Shown here: positions 39,345-51,068 of the stretch, one piece after another
Position numbering within the stretch: position 1 is the first letter of the stretch
How the letters are laid out: each line of letters starts with the position of its first letter
NCBI RefSeq assembly: GCF_963921235.1
Contig: NC_086097.1
Span: forward strand, 112,842,001 to 112,906,000
From: Mobula hypostoma
Lineage: Eukaryota
Reading direction: 5' to 3'
Length of the DNA stretch: 64,000 bases
Translations under genes and position numbers: made by a program
The notes under the pieces: model-generated
Databases searched by the model: none
What the model saw: only the letters and a program-made list of their open reading frames with translations
What the model was told of the DNA's origin: nothing

Positions 39345-40545
39345 TGCATACATAAGGCTTCTTTTCATTGACTACAGCTCTGCCTTTAATACCATCATTC
39401 CAAATAAACTGATTCCTAAGCTCTGGAACCTGGGCCTTAGCATTCAGATCTGCAGCTGGATCTTCAACTTCCTCACAGACAGGATCCAGCCTGTAAAAGT
39501 AGGGGACAAGCTCTCCTCTACAATCACTCTGAACACCGGTGCCCCACAAGGCTGTGTACTCAGCTCCCTGCTGTACTCACTGTACACCCATGATTGTGTA
39601 GCCAAGTTTCCATCAAACTCAATATATAAGTTTGCTGATGACACAACAATTGTAGGCCGTATCTTGGGTAATGATGAGTTTGAATACAGAGAGGAAATTA
39701 AGAACCTGGTGGCATGGTGTGAAGACAATAACCTATCCCTCAACGTCAGCAAGACGAAGAAATTGGTTGTTGACTTCAGAAGGAGTAGCGGACCGCACGA
39801 CCCAGTTTACATCGGTGGTGCGCAAGTGGAACAGGTCAAAAGCTTTAAGTTCCACAGGGTCGATACCACAAATGACCTGACTTGGTCCTACCAAGCGGAG
39901 TTCACTGCCAAGAAGGCCCACCAGTGCCTTTACTTCCTGAGAAAACTAAAGAAATTCAGCCTTTCCCCTAAAACCCTCACTAATTTTTATAGATGCACCA
40001 TAGAAAGCATTCTTCTAGGGTGCATCACAACCTGGTATGGAAGTTGTCCTTTCCAAGACCAAAAGAAGCTGCAGAAGATTGTGAACACGGCGCAGCACAT
40101 CACACAAACCAATCCTCCATCCTTGGACTCACTTTACACCGCACGCTGTCGGAGCAGTGCTGCCAGGATAATCAAGGACGCGACCCACCCAGCCAACACA
40201 CTTTTCATCCCTCTTCCCTTCAGGAGAAGGCTCAGGAGCTTAAAGACTCATACGGCCAGATTTGGGAACAGCTTCTTTCCAACTGTGACTGCTGAACGGA
40301 TCCTGACCCGGGTCTGGGCCGTACCTTCCAAATATCCGGGCCTGCCTCTCGGTTTTTTTGCACTACCTTACTTTCCATTTTTCTATTTTCTATTTATGAT
40401 TTATAATTTAATTTTTAATATTTACTAATTTTTAATATTTTTAATATTTAATATTTGTAATCCAGTGAGTGGGAAGAGCAGAATCAAATATCGCTGTGAT
40501 GATTGTACGTTCTAGTATCAATTGTTTGGCAACAATAAAGTATAA
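39345..40545 (+). mobile_element. Young 5'-truncated Rex/Babar-type LINE (RT)
   Basis: Open frame [43 protein letters not shown]. Near-identical to 51069-52260. Confidence 0.94.
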
Positions 40546-40549
40546 TGTA

Positions 40550-41455
40550 TTCATACTTTGGTAGAGTAGAGCTACTAGGACTTGATGTTTCAATCCCTAT
40601 GGTAAGTTGGCACTCTCGATGTTGGCAATGGGCTTGGAGTGGTGACAAAGAGGGAGGGTAGGTACGTCATCGGGGTCATCAGGTGGGCACCCTCCTTCTT
40701 TGATGTTTCATTGATAACCCACGACGTCTCCAGAGGGCTCAACGCTGTTACCTGGTGTCCCAGATGCATCCCCCTCAGTTCCATATCCTCCTGTCTTCAT
40801 CTTGCAGCCCAGTTGTTGTCTTTCCTTTTAATCCAAATCCAATTGCTGCTTTCTTCTGCTGCGTTTGACAAGGACTTGATTGCTTGTTGGAGGGAGTGAC
40901 CCCTCACCCCCATCTTCTTCAATAGACTGGTCGTAGATGTAGCAATGAATCCCCTGCATCCCACTTCTACAGGGAAAATCTTGGTCTTCCAGCCATTCTG
41001 GGCAGCTTCAATTGCCAGTTCAGAGTACTTGGTCTTTTTCCTCTCATAAGCTTCTTCGACACCATCTTCCCATGGTACTGTCAATTCCACAACATATGCC
41101 AGCTTGGCTGTTGTGGACCACAGGACCATGTCTGGCCGGAGTGTTGTAGCCGCAATGTCTGGGGGAAACACAAGCTTTTTTTTCCCAAGTCCACGTCCAT
41201 TTTCCAATCCCGAGCAACCTGCAGAATGCTTACATCTTTTGATGTTATATGGTGCTCTGGAGGTTGGCCTGCTGGTACAAATCGTGTGATGTGGACATTT
41301 CCTGCCGATGTTTGTGGGAGAGCATTTGTGGTGATTCACCTCTGTTCCAAGATTGATGCCAGCTGTCTGAGAACTTGGTTATGCCGCCAAGTGTACCACC
41401 CCTGGGTGAGGCTCGTGGTGCATCCTGTTAAAATGTGCCTTAGTGATCCAGGTGT
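40550..41455 (-). mobile_element. HERO-clade (R2 superfamily, RLE) non-LTR retrotransposon 3' end, copy A
   Basis: HILTGC..QGWYTWRHNQVL (CCHC tail) and TTLRPDMVLWS..VELTVPWE..ERKKTKY..GW..FPVEVGCRGF (PD-(D/E)xK restriction-like endonuclease). Stop at 40797. Confidence 0.88.
40668..40738 (-). ncRNA. Permuted (pseudoknotted) hammerhead-like motif in the HERO 3' UTR, copy A
   Basis: GCCCTCT-GGA-GACGTC^-GTGGGT-TATCAAT-GAAACATC-AAAGAA-GGAGGGT-GCCCAC-CTGATGA-CCCCGATG. Confidence 0.7.
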
Positions 41456-41857
41456 AATAATAAATGCACTTTGAACTTTAATATCACAGGCAAATATTGT
41501 GAAATATCTTGTTTTGTAGCAGGATTACATTGCAATACATAACTTAAAAAACTATGACTTAAAATAAATAAGATTTAATAAGTAGAGTAAAAAGAGAAAA
41601 AGAAAGACAAGTAGTGAGGAGGTGTGCATGGGTTCATTGTCCATTCAGAAATCTGATGGCAGTGGGGAAGAAGCTGTTCCTTAAAGGTTTAGACTGTGTA
41701 TTCCGCCTCCTCTACCTCATTGACTTTTTGATTAATTATTATTTCTCCTTACATGCCCCTTGTATCTTTTTACATTCAACCTCCACCAGACCACTGACCA
41801 CAGGAAACAGACTGTTGGGAGCAAAGGGAAATCACATGGTCAGGCACAGGTACCATC

Positions 41858-41980
41858 ACAAACAAGAGAAAATCCAAACAACACACACACAAAATGCTGG
41901 GAGGAACTCAGCAGGTCTGGCAGCATCAATGGTAAAGAGTAAACAGTCGACATTTCGGGCTGAGACCTTCAACAGGACCA
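41858..41980 (-). mobile_element. Solo Penelope-like terminal repeat
   Basis: Minus strand GTCCTGTTGAAGGTCTCAGCCCGAAATGTCGACTG followed by the family body. Confidence 0.75.
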
Positions 41981-42744
41981 TGAGATAGACAGGAGAAGAT
42001 GTACCCATGGTTTCTACCCACTGAAAACAACATGACTCTTCTGGTCTGTAGATTAATTCTGTAGAAAACTGAAGCTTTAACTCTGCTGTCATGCCTGCTG
42101 AACCAATGGTACAGTAGTAGGAAAGGAATTGATAAGGGACAATCAGCATGCTTTATGCGGGGCAGGTCAAATCTTACAAACTTGATTGAGCTTTTTTTTT
42201 GAGGATGTTGGATTCATGAGCATACAGCAGTACATGCTACCTATATAGATTTGACAAGGTATGTGTTAGAAGATTAAGATACATTAAGATCTATTCATAT
42301 TTCCAGAAACTTCTACTGCATATCCAAGGTGGTCTGAAGAGTGAAGAAAGAAATTCAGCTAATTCCTTTACTTTCATTTTGATTGGGATCATGAATGTCA
42401 GCTGCTGCATTTTCAAAGCAGTCACCAAAGGTATTTTGAAATTTCCACCTGCGGTTACATTTGTCACTGTGGATCAACACATTTCCCCTGTTCCTTGGAG
42501 GGTGCTCTGATCTTCCCGTTGGCCACAGGGTTTGTTGACAAACTTGGCTGCAACTTATCTTTAATAAGGTGGTATGCAGACATTTTCTTCCTTGTGGAAT
42601 GGTGTAGGGTGATATGAGAAGCCCTTTTGGTAGGTTAGGGAAGTTATATGCAAGATTAGAAAGGGGAAACAGACTGGCTTTTCTCCAGAGATATTGTTGT
42701 TTCAAGATAATAAAGCTAATGAGATAAAAAAGGGTTTATGCAGG

Positions 42745-42972
42745 TGTTAGAGGAACTCAGCAGGTCAGGCAGCATCCATGGATAGGAATAAGCTATCAAT
42801 ATTTCAAGCTGAAACCCTTCATCAGGAGCCCCCAAACCACAGATAAAGGGTCTTGGCCCAAAATGTTGACTGTTTATTACTTTCCATTGATGTTGCCTGA
42901 CCTGCCGAGTTCCTCCAGCATTTTGTGTGTTGCCTTGGATTTTCAGCATCTGCAGATTTTCTCTTGTTTGTT
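42745..42972. mobile_element. Inverted pair of Penelope-like terminal repeats
   Basis: GAGGAACTCAGCAGGTCAGGCAGCATC arm is complementary to GATGTTGCCTGACCTGCCGAGTTCCTC. Each arm has a degenerate hammerhead at the centre. Confidence 0.8.
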
Positions 42973-44059
42973 ACATAGGTAACTACAGGTCAGTATGATA
43001 GGGGAAACAACATGATGCCAAAATCATCTAAGTACAAAAACATAAAGGGACAATGTTCTTGAATATCCCCTTGGAGGATGCTTGGATATCAGCGTCAGAG
43101 CTGAAATTACAGGCCAACCCAGAGACGCAAGAGCTCGTTTGAGTATGTCATCCAATTCTCTATCCAAGCATGCATAAAAAGCATCAACTCCTCTGGGAGC
43201 AATGGGTCATTGCCACTTATACTATCCAATCTTGCCTTGTAGGAAGTTACACTGAACAAGCCCTGCCACACCAGTAAATCATGATTCCATTTTTGTCTGA
43301 AGTTGTCTCTCTGTGTGCTTAATGGCATTTTAGAAGTCGGACTGGATTTCTTTAATAATTCAGGGCCTACAGCCCTAAACATGACAGATCTAACCTTCAG
43401 ATGCTTACAAAACTCTTTGTTCATCCAGAGCTTCTGTTTGATAAAGATTCAGGATGTTTTGTGAGTACACACTCATAATATAGAGGATATGTACATAGAT
43501 ATTCAAAAAGTCTTTGATGATTTCATGACTGAAGCTGAAGTCAACCCAGTGTAGATAGTTATATAGTGGAGAAGTATGTTCAGTGCCTCAGGACACTCAT
43601 AGACCCACGAGGATTACTTCTATCACACCTAACCCTCCAAGCACACTCACCATTCTTGCTGCTCTGGCCACTTGGCAGGGTTTCCTGTTGGTGCACAACT
43701 CATGAGCTCCTCACGTCCATGATGTTAAAGTTCCATCGAAGAATGGGTTTTCATGTGGATGATCCTCATCCGAAGGAGGCTTCATTTTCTTACATTTATG
43801 AAGGATGAGGTCATCACAAGCCACAGCAGTGGACAAGTGGAAAGTGAAGTAGTGAAGAAGCAATGAACAAGCAGCAAAGAGATGGGGCAAAGAACCAAGG
43901 GTTGCCTGTACAATGAAAGAAAATACCAGAGAAGCAGCGGACTGGCTCTGAGAAACCAACAAGGAGAGTGTGAGAATTATAGTATCTGCAATTTCAATGG
44001 AGACTGGGAAAAAGTGCTATCTGGTAATGAACAGTTAAAAATAAAACAATTTTTCATGA

Positions 44060-44335
44060 GTGGCACAGTAGTATAGTGGTTAGCACAATGCTTTACAGTA
44101 CAGGTGACCCAGGTTCAGTTCCCAGTACTTCCTTTAAGGAATTTGTATGTTCTTCCCGTGACTACGTGGGTTTCCTCTGGGTGCTCCAGTTACCTCTCAT
44201 AGTCCAAAGACATAATGGTCGGTAGGTTCATTGGTCATTAGGCTAGGGTTAGATCAGGAGTTGCTGGGTAGTGTGGCTTGAAGATCCAGAAGGGCCTATT
44301 CTGCTCTGTATCTCAATGAATAAAAAAATAATAAA
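44060..44335 (+). mobile_element. tRNA-derived SINE
   Basis: TGGCACAGTAGTATAGTGGTTAGCAC, GGTTCAGTTCCC, GTGGGTTTCCTCTGGGTGCTCC core and A-rich tail. Confidence 0.8.
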
Positions 44336-45114
44336 ACCTATTCAGTTTGATCACACCACAAAAAAGGTTGTGTACTGCTAAGTAAGTAAAATAATGGATA
44401 ACAAGCTGTCAATAATATCTGACATTGTTTAAAGGTAATCTTTAGACAGGAGGAAGAGAGATGTATGGTTAGCTCCACAAGGATAATTACAGTGACCCCT
44501 ATGGCTCAAGATTTACATAAGCAAATGGCATTTAGGAAATGGTAGTTTTATTCCAAAAAAAAACAAGGTGTGAAGAAGGAAAAACTGCCGTTGAGTGGCT
44601 GGTACCAACCCTGAAATTTATCATCTTTTGTTTTCAACGGAGTCACGGTCACGACCTTGAGAAACTGACAGAATGGGTGTTAACTTGCAGAATAAATACA
44701 CAAGCGGCAAATAAATTCCTACTATAAAAATGTACACAGTGATACGTTTTGGTGAATGTAATATGGGGCTACCTATTCTAACTGAAGTCGAGGAACAAAA
44801 CAAATCACCAATGAAGTTCAAATGAGGACATACAAATTCAAAAACAAATTTACAGACACACAGAACTGAAAAACAACCATGTTAGTATACTTAACTTAGT
44901 TACACTGAACTTAGATTTTTGTGGATTATTTAGGTTCATATTACAAAGAAGATATAGAAGCAGAGGTGCAAAAAAGAAAATTTAAGAAAAGGATAAAAGC
45001 AGAGAAAGTTATGACAATTCTAAAAGATTGAATGGGCTGAGGTAACCTTTTCCTCTTCAAAAAAAAGGTAGGTAGGAGGATCCAACAAATTATAAACACA
45101 TGAAAGTCTGCAGA

Positions 45115-45590
45115 TGATTGATTCCTGGGATGGCAGGACTTTCATATGATGAAAGACTGGATGAACTAAGCTTATACTCGTTGGAATTTAGAAGGTTGAG
45201 GGGGGATCTGATTGAAACATATAAAATCCTAAAGGGATTGGACAGGCTAGATGCAGGATGATTGTTCCCGATGTTGGGGAAGTCCAGAACGAGGGGTCAC
45301 AGTTTGAGGATAAAGGGGAAGCCTTTTAGGACCGAGATTAGGAAAAACTTCTTCACACAGAGAGTGGTGAATCTGTGGAATTCTCTGCCATAGGAAACAG
45401 TTGAGGCCAGTTCATTGGCTATATTTAAGAGGGAGTTAGATATGGCCCTTGTGGCTAAAGGGATCAGGGGGTATGGAGGGAAGGCTGGTACAGGGTTCTG
45501 AGTTGGATGATCAGCCATGATCATATGAATGGCGGTGCAGGCTCGAAGGGCCGAATGGCCTACTCCTGCACCTATTTTCTATGTTTCTAT
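45115..45590 (+). mobile_element. Young CR1 3' end inserted into a PLE repeat
   Basis: Near-identical to 12610-13090. It splits GTCTGCAGATG|CTGGAAATCC of the PLE repeat. Confidence 0.9.
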
Positions 45591-45762
45591 GCTGGAAATC
45601 CAAAGCAACATACAGAAAATTCTGGAGGAACTCAGCAGACCAGGCAGCATCTATGGACTCAGTCCTGAAGAAGGGTCTCAGCCTGAAACAGCAAATGTTC
45701 ATTAATTTCCACAGATACTGCCTGACCTACTGAGTTCCTCCTGACTTTTGTGTGTGTTGCTG
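45590..45762. mobile_element. Inverted Penelope-like terminal repeats
   Basis: CAGTCCTGAAGAAGGGTCTCAGCCTGAAAC at 45660-45689, flanked by complementary arms. Confidence 0.75.
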
Positions 45763-46689
45763 AAAGTGGATGATAACCTGATGGGGCTTTCAAACTCTGA
45801 AAGGGCTTGGCAAGGCAGACATATGAAAGACGTTTCTGAGGCAAAGACCAAAGTAATAAACACAAGATGGTCATTAATAACTCCAATAAGCAAGTAAATA
45901 GAAACATCTTTGGATTTTGAAGTTGCCATGTGAAACTGGCCTTCTCTCTAAGTGGGTAAGGTAAAGACATGGATAGGGCCAATAATACGACATTTTACTC
46001 CATAACAGAAATGTATAAACCAGAGGACAAACTGTAGGTTTTAGGTAAGGGACAGGAGGAGAGGGTTAAGTGGATTTGAAGGAAGATTTTCTTTTCACAA
46101 GGAGATTGTTATAATTTGAGACATGCTGCCTGAGAGGACGGTGGAGGTAGAGACTCTCACAACATTCAATATTTGAATTAGCAAGCAAAGAAGACCTTGG
46201 ACTGAGAGCTGATAAATGGCAGTAGTACACAGCAGGCTGTACTCAATGTTTGACACAGATACTGTATAGTGGGCTAAAGAGTCTTTCTCTGTTTGTAGGA
46301 AATTATGTATGACTAGAATAAACATGTTGAAAATGAAGCCAGGCTAACCCATTATTTTAAAAAGTAACAGAAGAACGTGCTGAAGAATTAGATGGGAATT
46401 AGTGGAAAGAAATTCCTGTGAAATGTAAGCACCAATACAGACTGGCTATCTTAATTCTACCTGGCACAGCCCCTTTCTCAGATTCTCTTGAGTCAGGACG
46501 TCTTGCCATACTCACTAGCATTCCCTTCCACTCCAAACGTTCTTGCCCTGGGTCCAAAAGTCCAATGCTAGATGACGGGACCTTCTCAAAGCTAAGCAGC
46601 AAAGCCCCGGATGGTGGAAGGGCACCAAACGTTTCAATCTTGCAATGCAGGCAGAGCAGAACAAGCCGCAACCAACTAAATCCCCCGGA

Positions 46690-47133
46690 AAAATCTTTAC
46701 CACATGCTGCATCCGCAAAGCAAACAGCATTATGAAGGACACCATGTACCTCTCATACAAACTCTTCTCCCTCCTGCCATCTGGCAAAAGGCACTGAAAC
46801 ATTCGGGCTCTCACAACCAGACTATATAACAGTTTCTTTCCCCAAGTCATCAGGCTCCTCCATACCCAGAGCCTGGACTGACTGACAGCAACCTACTGGC
46901 CTCTACTGTGCCAATTGTCTTGTTTATTTATTTATTGTAATGCCTGCACTGTTTTGTGCACTTTATGTAGTCCTGGGTAGTCTAGTGTAGCTTTTGTGTT
47001 GTTTTACATAGCTCAGTGTGGTTCTTGTATTGTTTCATGTAACACCATGGTCCTGAAAAACATTGTCTCATTTTTACTGTGTACTGTACCAGCAGTTATG
47101 GTCAAAAGTACAACAAAACGTGACTTGACTTGA
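46690..47133 (+). mobile_element. Rex/Babar-type LINE 3' end
   Basis: KANSIMKD..SLLPSGKR..NSFFPQVIRLL and (TGACT)n tail. Confidence 0.7.
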
Positions 47134-47379
47134 AACCTAGTTCCTTGATTTGCTATCATTCATACATCATTTATTCCCAATACACTTGATAAACACTAAA
47201 TCATTAAACTATATTTCTATGTTATATTGACTATCCTGTTGTACATAATACATAATATTTACTGTAAATTACTATAATTGCACATTGCACATTTAGACAG
47301 AGACGTAATGTAAAGATTTTTACTCCTCATGTATATGAAGGATGTAAGTAATAAAGTCAACTCAATTCAATTCAATATG

Positions 47380-48929
47380 ATCATCCCTCAGAAACTGTTG
47401 GAGAAACTGTCCTCAATGGGTCTTAACACTTCTCTCTGTAACCGGATTCTGGACTTCTTGTCAGAAAGGCCATAGTCAGTCCTTGCTGGCAGAAGAGTCT
47501 CTAGCTCCATCACACTGAGCACTGGTGCACCCCGGGGCTGAGGGCTGACACAGGACTGCACTGCTAGATCCAGTTCAAACTCAATTATCAAGAGAGCTGA
47601 TGACAAAACAGTGGTTGGCCTCATCAACAATGATGGCGAGACAGCGTACAGAGAGGACGTAGAGCAGCTGGTATGAAGTGGAAAAGATCAATAACTGTGG
47701 ACTTTAGGAAGCTGCAGGCTGACCACTCCTCTCTACACATACACGGCTCCTCTGTGAAGAGATTTAGGAGCACCAAATCTCTGGGAGTGCACAGAGCAGA
47801 TGATCTCACCTGGTTTCTCAACATCACCTCTTTGGTCAAGAAAGCAGAGCAGCATCTCCACATCCTGAGTAGATTGAGACGAGTGAGGCTGCCTCCACTC
47901 TCTCCATCCCCCCCATCTTAACCAATTTTTACAGGAGCACCATCAGGAGTGTCCTGACCAGCTGTATCACTGTCTGATGTGGGAATTGCAAGGCATCTGA
48001 TTCCAAGTCCCTACGAGGATTGCAAGGACTGTTGAGAAGATCACTGGGGTCTCCCTTCCATCCATTCGAGATAGTTATCTGAATGCTGTATGCACAGGGT
48101 AACTAGCATTATCAATTATTCCTCCCATCCATCAAACAATCTCTTTGATTTGCCCCCCCCCAACCACCATCAGGCAGAAGGTACCATAACAGTAGGACAA
48201 GAACCATTAGGATATGAAACAGCTTCTTTGTCCAAGCCATATAAATACTGAACTTCCTGCCACCACCCCAGTCTCATCACGTATGAAGTTCCAGTGGTGC
48301 TACACTTGTGAGGGGATCCAGGAGTGCCCCTATTAACTCTTTGAAGAGAGACAGAGAGACATTTATCATTGATGGTTTGTTTGGAAAGGAGAGAGAGAGA
48401 CAAAGATTGACTGTTGGACTGTCACTCTAAGGCACTGGAAGTAACTTTGGATTTCTACTGAGTTGGGTTTGGAGACAGCACCGAGCAGCTCGAAAGTTGC
48501 TATGGTGACCAAAGGCAAGTTGTTGATGTTACTTTCAAGGACTTGTTGCCTGCTTGCATTTCTTTACAGACAAAGGAAGGAGGGACGCTTTGAATGACAG
48601 GTGATGCTCAGCACAGAGAAATAAATAGGAGGTCAGATGATACAGACCTCAGACACATGATCTGGACACTGAATGAGCATTGTTGTGCCCGCAGAGAAAG
48701 TGGGTTTTGGAGGATCGATCAGGTGGATCGATCCAAATTGCTATTCCAGTGAAGGAGTAGGGGTTGACTGGTGGGGAGTTGTCTATGTGTCCACCCTCGC
48801 CTGGGTGATAGCTCCACCACAGGAAAACCGGTCCCCCGGTTAAAGTCATAGTCAGTGACTTGTAAAGGATTTCGGAGGACGATGAGAAGATCGACGGCAA
48901 CAGCTCACCTGAAGACTCAACTCACTCTC

Positions 48930-48985
<56 letters not shown>

Positions 48986-49448
48986 CATCGCTATTCAACT
49001 AAATACCACGAACTGAACTGAACTGAACTTTACTCAACACTGTAAGACTGTATCTTTTTACCCCTAAACTTAAAGAAGCTTGGTTTTCATACATATATTT
49101 CCACATTTACTGAATTATGTACTTATATATATAATCATTGCTAACCTGTGTGATTTATCTTCATTTATATTACTGTATTGCGTAGTTACTAATAAATATC
49201 GCTAGTTTATAGCAATACGAGACTCCAAAGTGTTTTCCATCTCTGCTGGTTCTTTATCCCCGTCACGGGGTAGGTGACACACTCTTTACTTTTTTACTCA
49301 TTTTCTATATGCACCTTATTATTTGTAAAATTTATTTGTGGTTTTACTTTGTGTGTTACTGTATATGTGTGAGTTATATGTACTGCGTTGTGCAACTTGG
49401 CAGTATATTTTTGTACAGTTGAATGACAATAAACTGAACTTGAACTTG
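47380..49448 (+). mobile_element. Decayed Rex/Babar-type LINE, interrupted by a solo LTR
   Basis: LSTGAPRG, ADDKTVVGLI and ITVDFRK remnants. The 3' UTR resumes after 49283 and ends AATAAACTGAACTTGAACTTGA. Confidence 0.75.
48307..49279 (+). mobile_element. Solo LTR (973 bp), Gypsy-like
   Basis: TGTGA..TGACA termini, 4-bp TSD CACT (48303-48306 / 49280-49283), AATAAA at 49191 and an internal (CTGT)n(CT)n tract. Confidence 0.88.
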
Positions 49449-49574
49449 ATATTCAAAGCCAATTTAAAACAACTGAAAAAGAAATACACAGTTAAAATAC
49501 TGTTTAAAAGCTAAGGTAAAGTCAAATCCATTGAAATAATTAAAATTCATTAAACAAGCACATACTTAGAAGAA

Positions 49575-50130
49575 GGAGGAGAAGATGGTGGTGACAGCCG
49601 TGAGAAGCATGGAGGAACACCTGGAGTAACCTCTGAAATGACGGCTTCGCTGCCGCTGCTACTGTGCGATCGAGAATCTCCAGAGGGGAAGTCTCCAAGT
49701 CCTTGGCTTTGCCTATTGTCTGTTGCCGGGGCCAGGCTCGAAGTGCTCGACAGAGATGGTGCTCGGTGCTCGGTGTTGGAGAGTTGGTCGGAGGCTCAGA
49801 GTTTTCAGACGGACTCAGAGTCGGACTGTGGTCGGATGCTTCCGGGATGCTGCATCGGCAAGTTGGCGGCGCTGGAGGTTTACCGTCTGTGTGAGATGAT
49901 GGGACTTTCGAAAGACTTTGAGACTTTTACCGTGCCATGGTCTGTTCATATCAAATTACAGTATTGCTTTGCACTGTTGTAACTATATGTTATAATTATG
50001 TGGGTTTTGTTAGTTTTTCAGTCGGTTTGTCATGTGTTTCTGTGATACCATTCTGGAAAAATATTGTATCATTTCTTAATGCATGCATTACTAAATGACA
50101 ATAAAACAGGACTGTGTGTCCTCATAATCT
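49575..50130 (+). mobile_element. Non-autonomous retroposon, copy 3 (internally deleted)
   Basis: GGAGGAGAAGATGGTGGTG head with the same body and GTCCTCATAATCTAA tail. Confidence 0.8.
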
Positions 50131-50777
50131 AATTAAAAATAAGCTATTAAGCTTCTTGCTCTTCCACCTGCAACCCCACCTCCTGGAGTCCTTAAATTCA
50201 TGTTCAACTGAATGGGAATTTCTGGATCTACAGACAGATAACTCAACAACTCCACAAAGCATCCAGCAACTGAGTACAGCAGAGAACCAGCTGGCAGAGC
50301 CCAGCTGGCAAATGTGATTTCCACACCTAGGCTTTGATCCAGCCCCTCGGTGGGGAAATGCCAGCCATTTCATTTGTAAACAATGCCATTTACCAATTAA
50401 AACTCCATGGTAATCTTTATTTGATGTTTATCTGCTGCTGATTCTTTTCTCTTGAATTGTTCATCTTTCTATGTGTTTACCTTAACTGCTCCCTTTCTCT
50501 AAAGGACACGGAAATGCCATGGCTGCATTCAGTTGAATCCCATCAGTGGGCAGACCGTCTTCAGTTAGTATGCCTATCCTACAGATCAGTTTCTGTTCTC
50601 AGAATTACAAAGTAAATGGAATCGTTTCTCAGCAGGAGAAACAATGCACTAAGATCACCCAGTTACTTTAAATTGGGAAAAATAAATCTTGAAATAATTC
50701 CCCATAAATACATTGTAATCCACAAAACTGCCATTGTTTAAACTGGTTCATTGTTCTAGCATATATTTTCCCATGCA

Positions 50778-50932
50778 GGGTTGCACAGTAGTGTAGCAGT
50801 TAGCACAATGCCTTACAGCATCATCTGTAAGATCGGGGTTCGATTCTGTAAGGAATCTGTACATTTCCTCCCTCATCGAGTGGTTTTTCTCCAGGTGCTC
50901 TGGTTTCCTCCCACATTCCAAAGACATACCGT
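50778..50932 (+). mobile_element. tRNA-derived SINE
   Basis: GTAGTGTAGCAGTTAGCAC, GGGTTCGATTC and TTTCCTCCCACATTCCAAAGAC. Confidence 0.75.
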
Positions 50933-51068
50933 GACAATAGACATAGACAATGCAGAGAAACCTGTGGCCATTCCTCTCAAAGACAGGCATTCAGATTTGG
51001 ATGCTGTTGGGTGAGCGGGGACCTTACCAGGGGAAAGCCACAACGACCGGGTCTCTGGCACTGAATCT

